Shown here one piece after another: positions 53,300 to 64,000 of a DNA stretch of 64,000 bases. How positions within the stretch are numbered: the stretch's first letter is position 1; each line of letters starts with the position of its first letter. The notes below the pieces were generated by a model that saw nothing but the letters and a program-made list of their open reading frames with translations, was not told where the DNA came from and did no database searches. The DNA lies in the NCBI GenBank assembly GCA_030141605.1, contig JAQGDQ010000959.1, forward strand, positions 11,911-75,910, read 5' to 3'. Source of the DNA: Tubiluchus corallicola. Its lineage: Eukaryota > Animalia > Priapulida. The position numbers and the translations under genes are program-made.

Positions 53300-53911
53300 C
53301 CATAAGTCGGCATAGTTAAAACTACGTTACGATACTTCAAAGCAGAAAGCACCAAAAATTTGGTCAAATGTCGATTTTTTATTTCTTATGAAAACAAATG
53401 CTAAATATATTGGACTTTTATATTCTAGCATCAAATCATCAGGAAAATGTCCAAAAATACTAAAAATCTAATTTTATAACTCCTTACACACTTTTCTGAC
53501 TAGAAACTAGTACTGCAATTGTAAAAAACTTGTATTTTGTAACTCCGATTGGAGCTCGTGGAAGCAGCCGTTTTGTTTTGGGTTTTTCTGTTGAAAAGAC
53601 CAGATCTTTGTCAGGAAGAGCCATCTACTGGATTTAAACGTAACTTCAATTTGCTCTTGTGAAATCCATAGCAACTGCACTTCCGTACGGTTGCTAAGTG
53701 TTTTGCAGAGATGGGAAAAAACAATGGCTGATTTTAACAGCGATTTTCTCAAGATTATGTTTTTCACTGCATAACCTGCACCTCAACTTCAACGTGGATT
53801 ATCTCAGCTTAGAAATAATGTAGAGCAATAAGCTTGGTATCAAAATGATCCTCATGAAATGGAGATTCAGGGTATGTGAATAACTAGAAAAGCTTAATTG
53901 CCGACCTATGG
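53300..53911. mobile_element. Probable non-autonomous TIR element in the GTF2E1 5' intron
   Basis: CCATAAGTCGGCA ... TGCCGACCTATGG (12/13 inverted match). TSD is unclear and the superfamily is not assigned. Confidence 0.5.
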
Positions 53912-54110
53912 CCGATTTTGCTATGCAAGCACACAGTTAGTGAATTACATACCTTAATATGTTAATTGTACTTGCCAGAGACGCCATCAACCAAAACCAC
54001 AACAACTTTGTAATGTCGCAATTTTTTGTTGCTTCTGATTTTACCATTATAATTCCTGATGTAATTAATATTAAATCTGGTTTGACTTTTCAGCACATTA
54101 GTTTACTACA

Positions 54111-57100
54111 ATGACTAGCTTTGAAAGAGAACAAATTCTAACAGAAGTTCCAAGCAGCCTGAAGCGATTGGCTAGGCTTGTAGTACGAGGATTTTACGGC
54201 ATTGAACACGCCATAGTAATGGACATGCTTGTCAGTAATCAGTGTATGAAGGAAGATGACATGAGTGAACTGTTAAAATTTGACCGGAAGCATCTACGAG
54301 CGATAATGTCGACATTAAAAGCTGATAAGTTCGTCAAAGTAAGATTGCGAGTCGAGACGCAGCCGGATGGGAAAACCTCCAAACATAACTACTACCACAT
54401 TAATTACAAAGTGTTTGTGAATGTGATAAAATACAAGCTCGACCACATGCGGCGCAAAATCGAAACCGAGGAACGAGATTCCACAAGCAGGTCTTCGTTC
54501 AAGTGTCCAAACTGTCAGAAAACCTTCACTGATTTAGAAGTTGACCAGCTGTTGGACTTTGCTACAGGTGAACTGAGATGCACGTACTGTAGCACGAATG
54601 TAGAAGAGGATCAGAGCTGTTTGCCTAAAAAAGATGCAAGAACATTACTCGCGCGATTTAATGAACAAATGCAACCCATATTTGATCTGTTGCGGGAAGC
54701 TGAAGATATGAGACTGGCGCAGAGCATCTTAGAACCAGAGCCTGTCACAATAGAGAGCATAAAAGCTAATATGCCAAAAGGGTATTTTTTAAAATTTTGT
54801 TCTCTATTTTCTGTATTTCTTTCTTTAAATTTTATCAGAAGTTTTATACTTGTTCTTCATCTATGTGTAAGTTATTGGACAGAAATGAAGCCATTTGTAA
54901 TCGACACCAATAATAGTAATATTAATGTTAATAGTAATAGCAATAATAATAATATTAACAACGTATTAAGTTTCATATTAAACGTGCCAGCATAATACAT
55001 AAATTTTAATGTATAAACTTAGCCTTGAGGGTGAAAAATAATCAATAATTATATTTTATTATATCTTGTTTGTCTAGCAGGGTGCACAGAATTCACACTG
55101 CTAAATTATACTGCTTAAGGTTCAGCTTGTGCACAACTGGTCAATGTTTTACCTTTGCTCTTTATTTCAACATCATATCAAGTATTGATGTGTCTAATAT
55201 GGTTATAATTTTGGAGTGCAGCAAAATGCAACATATTAAACAGTTAGGCTATGTGTTTAACTGTCATGTGGTTTAAGGTTTCAACTGTACTCTAGCGTCA
55301 AAAACGTATTTCTGTATGTTAGGCACATAGGGGGAGTTGAAAAAAAATTGTCTGAAGAGTAAGGTCTATGTAGGCAATAATCACCTCTTTTAATGTGAAC
55401 AAATTTCCTTGAGGATACGCAGTCGTGTGGTACAGACAAGTTGTAATGTATCCTGTTGTCATTTCAATACATTTAAGAGCTTTTTTGCCGTATTGTGAGT
55501 TCAGAACCACCTGTAAGGGTTTTTCTTTACTTTCAGAAGTCAGAACGTTGCTCATAAACGAGATGCCAATCAGCACGTCTGGAGTGGCGAAACAAAAGGT
55601 GGCGGCATGCAGGTACAGTAGTATATTTCTAGTTGCAGGCGTCAATTGCCAAATTAATAAAAAAAATCAACTAAATATAAGCTAGTTGTCAGGTTATAAT
55701 CTTGTCCGAAATATTTGGAATAATTTCTTCAGATTTTTATCCAAGTGCAAACTTTTCCACTCTTTTTGTGTTTTTCCAAAAAGTGAATTTGTATCTTATT
55801 TGTGATGCTAGATGTACGAGCAAGATGTGACAATAAACGTTGGTGAAAGCGTTAAAGAAACACCGGTTGCGAAAGAGCTCAAGGAGCAACCCGTGTGGTT
55901 AACGGAAAGCACAGTGCAAGGTGTTCTTCCGGAATATTCATCGGTAAGTTTCATTGCAGAAAGTTAAAGGAAGACCAGGCGATTGTTTAGACTCAATCTT
56001 ATTTTAATTTACTATCCAAAATATACATTTTCTTGTCTATAAAAGTTAACAATCGTTCCTTTTATTTGAATAATCAGCTTAGAAAGTTAATTAACAGCAA
56101 CTGAACACAGCTATTGCTTAAGTCAGAAACTAGTCACAGTTTATGCAATGGCAGGCATCTTCCCTTGCGCATCAAGCACATTTGCATAGGTGTTACAGTA
56201 CTGCTTAAATGCAAGATGTCACGAGAAATGGGCTTTACATTATATGACGTCAGAAACTAACAGTGCAGTTCATGACCATGGTTATTTGGCCAATCGAACG
56301 TGACAAAAAGCAAAAATGCGCCATTGCCAATCTTAGTACATTCACTGAGCTGCGCGTAGCTTCTAAAGTTTAACCAAATTTGAATATCCGAGGTAATTAT
56401 TATTTTATCTAAGCTTTGATTAAAAAAAAGCTATTGTAGTTTTAAATATTTTAGAGCATTCTTTATTCTGAACCAATGATACACAATCATCCGGTTTTCC
56501 TTTAACTAAAAACATGTATAAACTTCTTGCTTTCTTTTCTAATATCACATAGCATTTTAAATATGAGATTTGCTTTTTATTTCTGGATATGAAGGATATG
56601 CTGCTTAACACCTGTGTCCTGTAGTCTGTGCTCAGTTTGCTACATGGTTTAGTTAACAGTATCACAGAACATTATTGGAACACTGTGGACAATGCCATTT
56701 TCTTATGATTTTTCCTCTAGAAATTTTAAGCAAAAATCAACATTTTAACTAACTTTAGCAATATTTAACAGTTGTCTTTCCCGAAAATAGGCCAATGGTT
56801 TTAAAGACTTAACAAATGTAACAAACAATTTATGTCTGAGTATCGCAGATGTGTAATTAATTCTGCCAAATTACAGGTGAACCAGGTGAAGTTAGTATGT
56901 TATTATTGAAGTAAGTGTTGTGCGAAGAAAAGTGTTAACCATTTAGGGTCACTACGCATACCTAAGTCTTATTAATAGATAAAATGATTCCTTAAACAGC
57001 TAATTAAAATCCTTAATTAGTTCTTAGGTGCTAATTTAATTCCATCATTTTGTTACTAGAACTTAGAAGGTGTAATTCAAATGCTTGCAATACAGACGGC

Positions 57101-59385
57101 CTATATTATTCTTACAAATTTGTTTGTGTGTATTTTTTAAATTTAGATTAAAATTATGCATCATAATTACAAATTATAACAACTAATAATGCAATCACAG
57201 TGTACGAATTTGTGTACAGATCTTTAATATATTTATTTGTTTATGCAGCAACTTGTAGTTTAATTATATTATTATGCATTTTTATATTGATGGCCCAAGC
57301 ACATTTGTTTTAAAGACTATAAAACTCACCTCTGAAACAAATTTTTTGCCCATCAGTAAAGTTGCTGAATACTGATGCCATATTGTTGTTATTCACACAC
57401 TTGTTGCTAAGCAACAAGACAAGCTGGGCAATTGCTGAATACTGATGCCATATTGTTGTTATTCACACACTTGTTGCTAAGCAACAAGACAAGCTAGGCA
57501 ATTGCTGTATACTGATGCCATATTGTTGTTATTCACGCACTTGTTGCTAAGCAACAAGACAAGCTAGGCAATTGCTGAATACTGATGCCATATTGTTGTT
57601 ATTCACACACTTGTTGCTAAGCAACAAGACAAGCTGGCCAATTGCTGAATACTGATACCATATTGTTGTTATTCATGCACTTGTTGCTAAGCAACAAGAC
57701 AAACTTGGACAATGCCTAGCTGCTATAGTATGTCCACTCACTGCTCAAGCTGTAGCTGCACAAACTTGTGCAGACCGAATTTTCCATGGACCATCAGTAA
57801 TATTGTCACATTGCTAGTTGTTGGCTATGTCTGAGTAATGCATCTCATCACCTGTCATCTTATGCTGTTTATAATGTTCTTTTTTTCAGTTTCCTACAGC
57901 TGACATCATACCAGGGCCATCAGCTGTTAGTGCCGATGTTGCACCAGAACAACACAATGATATCATGAGCGCCTTATTGGCTCATGAGAAAAAGCATGGC
58001 ACACCAATGAATATTCCAAGGCAAGGCAGTGACAATGAAAGTAGTACTAGCGAAGAGGATAGTCAGCAAGTTCAAAACATACAGAGTGAGTTATCCGTAC
58101 ATATTTTTGCCATTTCCAAAAAATATCTCATTGTAGTGGTAATTAAATGATCTTCTAGAGTTCACAAAAAAAAAATTAGAGAAAATAATTGCAATCAAGA
58201 GGGCATCCCTTAGTGGACATTGTCCAACAGGTTGTTATATTCTCAATGTGAAGACCATCCAATCTTTAGTTTTAAAATATACTGTAAATGGATGGGAAAC
58301 AACAGTGATGGCTCATGTATAGGTACTGCAGCACCCCCTATTTTCACTCAGTATTATTGTTAATATTTAATATAATAAGTCTTTTTTCTTTAGTTCTTTC
58401 TTTATACTTGCACGGTCCAGAGCACGCGAGTATAGTACTGTTTGCTTCACAGCCCAGCACAGTGCAGTCAAGCAACATGGTGTTTGGCTGTTGTGCCCAT
58501 GCAGTCGTGCGCATGTGTCTGACCACAGGTAGAGAAAGCACTGTCGCTCACACAGTTTGTTGTCAGCTGTCACGTGCTTACCGTAGTGAAGCTTACCAAT
58601 CAAGGTTGAACTGCAACAATAGTTTCATTTTACATAGCATTAAAACAATGGCTAAAAATTTTCTGAAGCAGCACCCCACTAATTTTGACTACAGGCCACT
58701 ACTGGGAAGCAACGTGCTTGTCTGTTATGTGAAATTAGATAAGATCTAAAATCAAGGGGAAAGTTTGCATTCTTGTTGAGTCATTTTTTTCATACTTTTG
58801 CTATTTTTTCACGTGTTGTATTAATTTTTTCTCACTATTTTCTTTCGTAAGAACATTGAATTTTATAAGCAAATAAATGCGTTTGTAACTTTTCAAGGGG
58901 TAGTATTATCTGAAGCTGCTTTTTTCTACTTTTCGACCAGCATAAAAATCTAACTAAATGGCCTTACAGTGCACCAACCAGAATAAAATCTCTGAGATTT
59001 TATACGATTCATTTTTATGTACTGCAAGCCCTATTACGTTGTTGCAGCTCAACCGAAAAAAATGAAAAAGTTTGATATTTACATCATTGATGTTTTGTTG
59101 TTATTGACTCTCCTATTTTTGGTAAGGTGAGGACGTTCTCTTTGATTAATTGTGAATTAGCGAAGCAGTCCAGCAACCTGTACTTTTGCATTCGTTTTAG
59201 CTATTCAAAATGATGCGATAGAAATGGAAAGCGAAGATGAGGATGATCTACATCTGGTGTCTATTGGGAGCCTTAGAATTCCACTTGATGATGTCACCGA
59301 GAAACATGTGGCCATGATGACACAAGGAGAGAAAGATGCATACATTCGACTAGGCCAAGAAATTCATGCCAGCCTACACGATTAA
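54111..59385 (+). CDS. GTF2E1: General transcription factor IIE subunit 1 (TFIIE-alpha), 419 aa, 5 coding exons
   Basis: Exons 54111-54781, 55537-55612, 55812-55943, 57890-58085 and 59201-59385 total 1260 nt with phases 2,0,0,1. Motifs: [24 protein letters not shown] winged helix, CPNC..CTYC zinc ribbon, [25 protein letters not shown], and acidic C-terminus [16 protein letters not shown]. Confidence 0.97.
55968..56501. mobile_element. Kolobok-type MITE family A, copy 7 (24 bp downstream of a GTF2E1 exon end)
   Basis: TTAA|AGGAAGACCAGGCGATTG ... CAATCATCCGGTTTTCCT|TTAA. Confidence 0.88.
57362..57712. repeat. 70-bp minisatellite, 5 copies, each with the palindrome CTTGTTGCT-A-AGCAACAAG
   Basis: Units start at about 57362, 57432, 57502, 57572 and 57642. 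Confidence 0.95.
58303..58704. mobile_element. Non-autonomous hAT-like element, copy 2 (GTF2E1 intron)
   Basis: CAGTGATGGC...GCCACTACTG termini. 8-bp TSD GGAAACAA / GGAAGCAA. Interior is the reverse complement of 47886-48417, lacking an AT-rich internal block. Confidence 0.8.
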
Positions 59386-60930
59386 CTTCCAGTATCGTGC
59401 TATTTGTATTACCGAGTTATGTGATATTTTAAGTATAGAGTGATGAACATCAGCTGTGTAAATAAATCCATTCGCTTTGTGTATAGTGAAGTAACAGTTG
59501 GCTAGAGGATTAACAAAAAGACGAACAGTAGCACAGGCAAATGTTCTTTGCAGTCCCCCATTTGTAAATAAATTATGTATAGTAAGTATGATGACGCTGA
59601 CTTTGAGTTTCATTTAAAAATTTTAGACTAATATCATGAGATTTAAAGCGGCCAATGTTTTGCAATTTTGGTTTCATTGTTTTAGTGCCGTACATGCCAT
59701 ATTCAGTACTAACATGTAAATGAAAGTTAAGAGGTAAGGCAATTCTGTCTGCGTAAATTTACACATTGCTTACAATATCAACATTATATGTATTTATTAT
59801 GCCTTTATGTCCATGATATTTATGTTCAAATTTAAACTTAATCTCAATAGTTTTACACATCTTATTCTGAAATCTTCGTCAAGATAATTGCGCATATTAC
59901 TAATAGCAACATTACTTACAGGGTGGTTGACTTTGGTAACTTTTAGTTTTTCGCCACCCTTTCACCAATCACTTGAACATCATTAACTCAGATAATTTAT
60001 TCATTTAATAATCTTGTCACTTTGTATTATATTATTGTTTCATGCTCTGTGTTTTTCTTGTAAAAAGGTGATAAATAAAGATACTTTGTTACTTAGTACT
60101 TTACAGTGCACTTTTTCACATAACTACCATTTGCAGGTAACCTAAACAAACAGTGTATAGGTTACATATGTGCAAGCAGCAAATGCAGAAAAATACCAAT
60201 TCCAAAAATATGTTGATATAACAATTAATAGTTTAAATTAATGCCAGAACTATTTATTCCACAATGATAAACATATTCAGTGTGTAGATGGATTTGATTT
60301 CTAGATTTTGTATTCCACTGTTAAAGTTTATGCTAAAACAATTTTTGCATAGCTGTAGTATCTATCTAGAAAATAATGAATACTAATCTCACTGATAAGT
60401 ACATTTGTATATAAACTGCACGACAGTAAACGAGCATTCTGAACCATTGCAAGAGAAAGATGCTGTGATAAATCTTTATTTTACACAACTAAATTGAAAA
60501 TTGATCAGAAATATTTCATCGAGTCAAACCACAGAGCTTTGTCAACATGACATACCTCGTGTTAAAAGGTACTACTAAAAGTAATTTGTGCTGGTACCAT
60601 AGTGGCTAACGTCACTTAAAGCAAACAAGTGCTAATCAATAGTAAGTCAGTTATAACAATAACATTAAACTTGTATATAATGACAACTATTTTAACTACG
60701 AGATCATCAGAGTTTATTAAATAGAGTGGAAGTTTGTCCAACAAGATGCTTGTTACAACCAAGTCTGCAAACGTTCTTTTCAACAATGAAGAACACGAGG
60801 AAAATTGACAAGAGAACGTTCACTAACCAAATTAAGCAAGTACAAATCTTATCGATACAGTGAGAGTTGCAAAACCGCGTTTTTTGGCAAACTGCGCAAA
60901 ATAGAACACATTCAGATGATTTCTCTTTAA

Positions 60931-61463
60931 ACGAAGACCAGACGATTGTTTAGACTCAATCTCATTTTAATTTACTGTCCAAAATATACATTCTCTTGAC
61001 TATAAAAGTTAACAATTGTTCTTTATATTTGAATAATTAGCTTAGAAACTTAATTAACGGCAACCGAACACGGCTATTGCTTACATCAGAAACTAACCAC
61101 AGTTTGCGCAATGGCAGGTGTCTTCCCTTGCGTGTCAAGCACATTTGCATAGGTGTTACTGTAGTGCTTAAACGTGTGATGTCACGAAAACTAACATATG
61201 ACATCAGAAACTAACACTGCAGTTCATTATCATGGTACCGCCTTCTATTTGTCGGCCACGCGCATGTGACAAAAAGGCGCCGTTGCCAATCTTAGTAGAT
61301 TTACCGAGCCGCGTGCAGCTTTGAAAGTTTGATGAAATTTGAATATCTGAAGTAATTATTATTTAATCTATATTCTGAATTAAAAAAAAAGCTTTTGTAG
61401 TTTTCAATATTTTAAGGCATACTTTATTCTTAAGTAATGTTTACACAATCGTCCGGTTTTCAT
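60931..61463. mobile_element. Kolobok-type MITE family A, copy 8
   Basis: TTAA|ACGAAGACCAGACGATTG ... CAATCGTCCGGTTTTCAT|TTAA. Confidence 0.88.
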
Positions 61464-62060
61464 TTAAAGAAGGTCTGGTTTACTTCATCAAGATTCTCAA
61501 AAAAACAAACAGTGCTGTTGTCAGAGTTTTTCTGCAGTAATTATGAGAAAGCAGGACTCCAAGAGAAAGAAATACAAGAAATTGAAATGAGATTTTCTTC
61601 TGACATGTCTTGGCCTCAAATGTGAGTTTTTTTGCATAATAATATAAAATGCATTACACATTGTATCTACACATAATCAAGACAATTTATATTAGCCAAT
61701 TTCACATGTCAACATTAAATTGAAACTATCACAGCAATTTTTTCTCCAAAGAAGGAAGATATAACATAAGGAAATCCTAAGATGGTGTAGTCCCAGGAAA
61801 ATGAATCCCAAAGCACAAGTTAGCGAGTTTGTTGAAAACTAAACGAGTTTATTTAATATGCGTACTAATGACCTGTTATTTCTGTCGATTTCTGATATGA
61901 ATTTGTATTAATGTATTGAAACACTTTAGAAATGTCATTTTAATACAATATTTACAACAAGCTCACAAAACTACACAAATATCTAAAATCACGAACACAT
62001 TTTCAGCCTAGAGCACAAGTAGCATTTTGCATATTAATTACAATTGTACAAAAGACGATA

Positions 62061-63532
62061 TTATAATTTCTCCTGCTTTGTTTTGGGAGGTTTGAGAAAT
62101 GTTCGTTTTTTCTTCGACTTGGAAGATTGCTTGAAATCTCGCCAGCTGTTAATCCTACCGTCTCTGCTTTCCTGAAAAAATCATATCCAGTGTTTTTGCT
62201 ACGATTTTTTACTTACTAAAAGTCTATATTTTGCATGTCTTCATGGATGGGTAGTGAAAACTATGTATATGTTACGCTGACATACAAGCAACTGGAAAAG
62301 GAGATATTTTTTAATAGACTTGCAATCTGTTTTATGTTTAGTAAATCTCATAGTATTAGTGGTACTGGTCATAGCAATGTTTCAACCCACCATTTTTCTG
62401 CTAGTAATCTGAATATTTCTTTTGAATCGTAAGTGCATTATTGTACAGTAGCAACGTAACATATTATACATTGTAACTTCAGTACATTGGATGCCACCGC
62501 TGCTAGTGTTGGGAAATTTCAGCAGAATTTCTGGTGTTTACGTTTCTAAATATCTCATAGGTTTGATGAAAACAATGTTGATGCAAAGCAACAAGATAGG
62601 TTCTATATGAGAAGTTTACCTCGTAGTTTTTGGCATATTCAGCATCAGCCTTCTTCTTCTCTTCAGCTGCTATTTCCTCTTCTCTTTTTCTCTTTCTGCA
62701 TTAACAAAGAAAAGGTAAAGTGAAATTCACAGCAGCTAATGAAACATTTTTAAGAGTTTTATGACAAGACGAGACGTGTGGTTGCTGTGTGTGATGCTAT
62801 CCATTTGTTTTATTCACGTTGATTTTCAAAGTAAAAAGCAAAGTCTGTCAAATAATAAAGCTGATTTATTTTCATCCACATTCACGGGGATGAGAATTTT
62901 CTGTGGACACGCAGAATTCCGAGTTTTTGGAAGACGAGTAGTGCCATTTTTGTAAATCGCATAAATGTGTTGAGAAAATTTTTACGGACCCAGTACATTA
63001 TTTCACAAGCTGACCACTAGTTGGCAGGCCGTCACTTTGTTTACATCACGTACATCAGTGTAAACACGTGTATATCTCAATGTATAAAAATATAGAATCA
63101 ATTGTGCGGAGCTTTTGAGTCAATTGCAGACAGTTTTTATAACTTTTACATAGGAGCGGCCAGTAAATTAGGTACTTTAAATTATGCATGAAACAAGGTA
63201 ATTGATATTTCGAATCCACTTAGAGGCTTTCTGTGGTCACAAAATTCATTTTGTCGCTGGCTCCAAGGGAGCTTTGTCCTCAACCCCATTGGGGGCCTAA
63301 GCAGCCCCAAAACCCCTGGCCTATTTCAGAGTTTTTTGCAATTTGTCATTCTCATCCCTGCATTCAAAAGGCTACTTCAAGCTAAACTTCAATATCAAAC
63401 AACGATGGTTACGGATTATATTGAATGGTACAACTTTTACCTTTCGTGCATATCTTTAGTTTCTTGCTCTCGACGTTTCCGCTCCAAATCGGCAAATAGT
63501 TTCATGGTTTGAACATAAACTGCATGTTTGTA
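62061..63532 (-). CDS. DNAJC8: DnaJ homolog subfamily C member 8, last three coding exons (5' part lies beyond the window)
   Basis: Exons 63532-63441, 62695-62620 and 62171-62061 splice to YKHAVYVQTMKLFADLERKRREQETKDMHERKRKREEEIAAEEKKKADAEYAKNYEESRDGRINSWRDFKQSSKSKKKRTFLKPPKTKQEKL*. This matches the recalled DNAJC8 C-terminus (QTMKLFAELE, EESRDGRVDSWRNF, RTFLRPPK). Confidence 0.95.
62885..63360. mobile_element. Non-autonomous hAT-like element with apparent 6-bp TSD (DNAJC8 intron)
   Basis: CGGGGATGAGAAT ... ATTCTCATCCCTG termini, with CATTCA immediately on both sides. Confidence 0.7.
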
Positions 63533-63615
63533 CTGAAAATTATTAAACTTAATTCAATCGGGATAATAGCTAATTTAATTCTTAACATGAAAACATTGAT
63601 GAAATTGCTGGAATA

Positions 63616-64000
63616 ATAGAGCACAGATAAATGAAGCCATGCCATAGAGCACAGATAAATGAAGCCATGCCATAGAGCGCAGATAAATGAAGCCATGCCT
63701 TAGAGCACAGATAAATGAAGCCATGCCATAGAGCACAGATCAATGAAGCCATGCCATAGAGCACAGATAAATAAAGCCATGCCTTATAGAGCACAGATAA
63801 ATGAAGCCATGCCATAGAGCACAGATAAATGAAGCCATGCCATAGAGCGCAGATAAATGAAGCCATGCCTTAGAGCACAGATAAATGAAGCCATGCCATA
63901 GAGCACAGATAAATGAAGCCATGCCATAGAGCACAGATAAATGAAGCCATGCCATAGAGCACAGATAAATGAAGCCATGCCATAGAGCACAGATAAATGA
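63616..64000. repeat. 28-bp minisatellite in a DNAJC8 intron, running off the window end
   Basis: Unit ATAGAGCACAGATAAATGAAGCCATGCC. Confidence 0.96.

Noticed and set aside
54782-54995. C-terminal hydrophobic and poly-N tail of the 294-aa ORF
   Set aside because: Read-through into the intron after the donor at 54782. The real TFIIE-alpha continues in downstream exons.

Overview
AT-rich, intron-containing animal genomic DNA, most likely from an invertebrate (the taxon cannot be fixed from the sequence). It is not prokaryotic and contains no CRISPR array. Hand-splicing on GT-AG boundaries with consistent phases gives four genes in the last 27 kb: a four-and-a-half-LIM (FHL-like) gene (+, 37414-43724, 274 aa), RABL3 (-, 45500-51819, 247 aa) head-to-head with GTF2E1/TFIIE-alpha (+, 54111-59385, 419 aa), and the last three coding exons of DNAJC8 (-, 62061-63532). 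The first ~37 kb has no recognisable host coding exon. It is filled with repeats and may be the 5' UTR introns or upstream region of the FHL-like gene. Mobile DNA includes a 2.4-kb Mutator-like element (48-bp TIRs, 9-bp TSD) carrying a decayed, spliced CaRF/ALS2CR8-like DNA-binding-domain gene, eight copies of a TTAA-flanked Kolobok-type MITE plus two related families, CAG-terminal hAT-like elements with 5-, 6- and 8-bp TSDs, a Tc1/mariner MITE, and RTE and CR1/L2-group LINE remnants. There are also about a dozen unrelated minisatellites. All long repetitive ORFs in the ORF track are minisatellite or microsatellite artefacts. Homology calls rest on recalled protein motifs, not database searches. 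I found no clearly new biological system. The strongest leads are the CaRF-like MULE, the conserved RABL3-GTF2E1 divergent pair, a LINE-derived minisatellite and a tandem X-box-like array.
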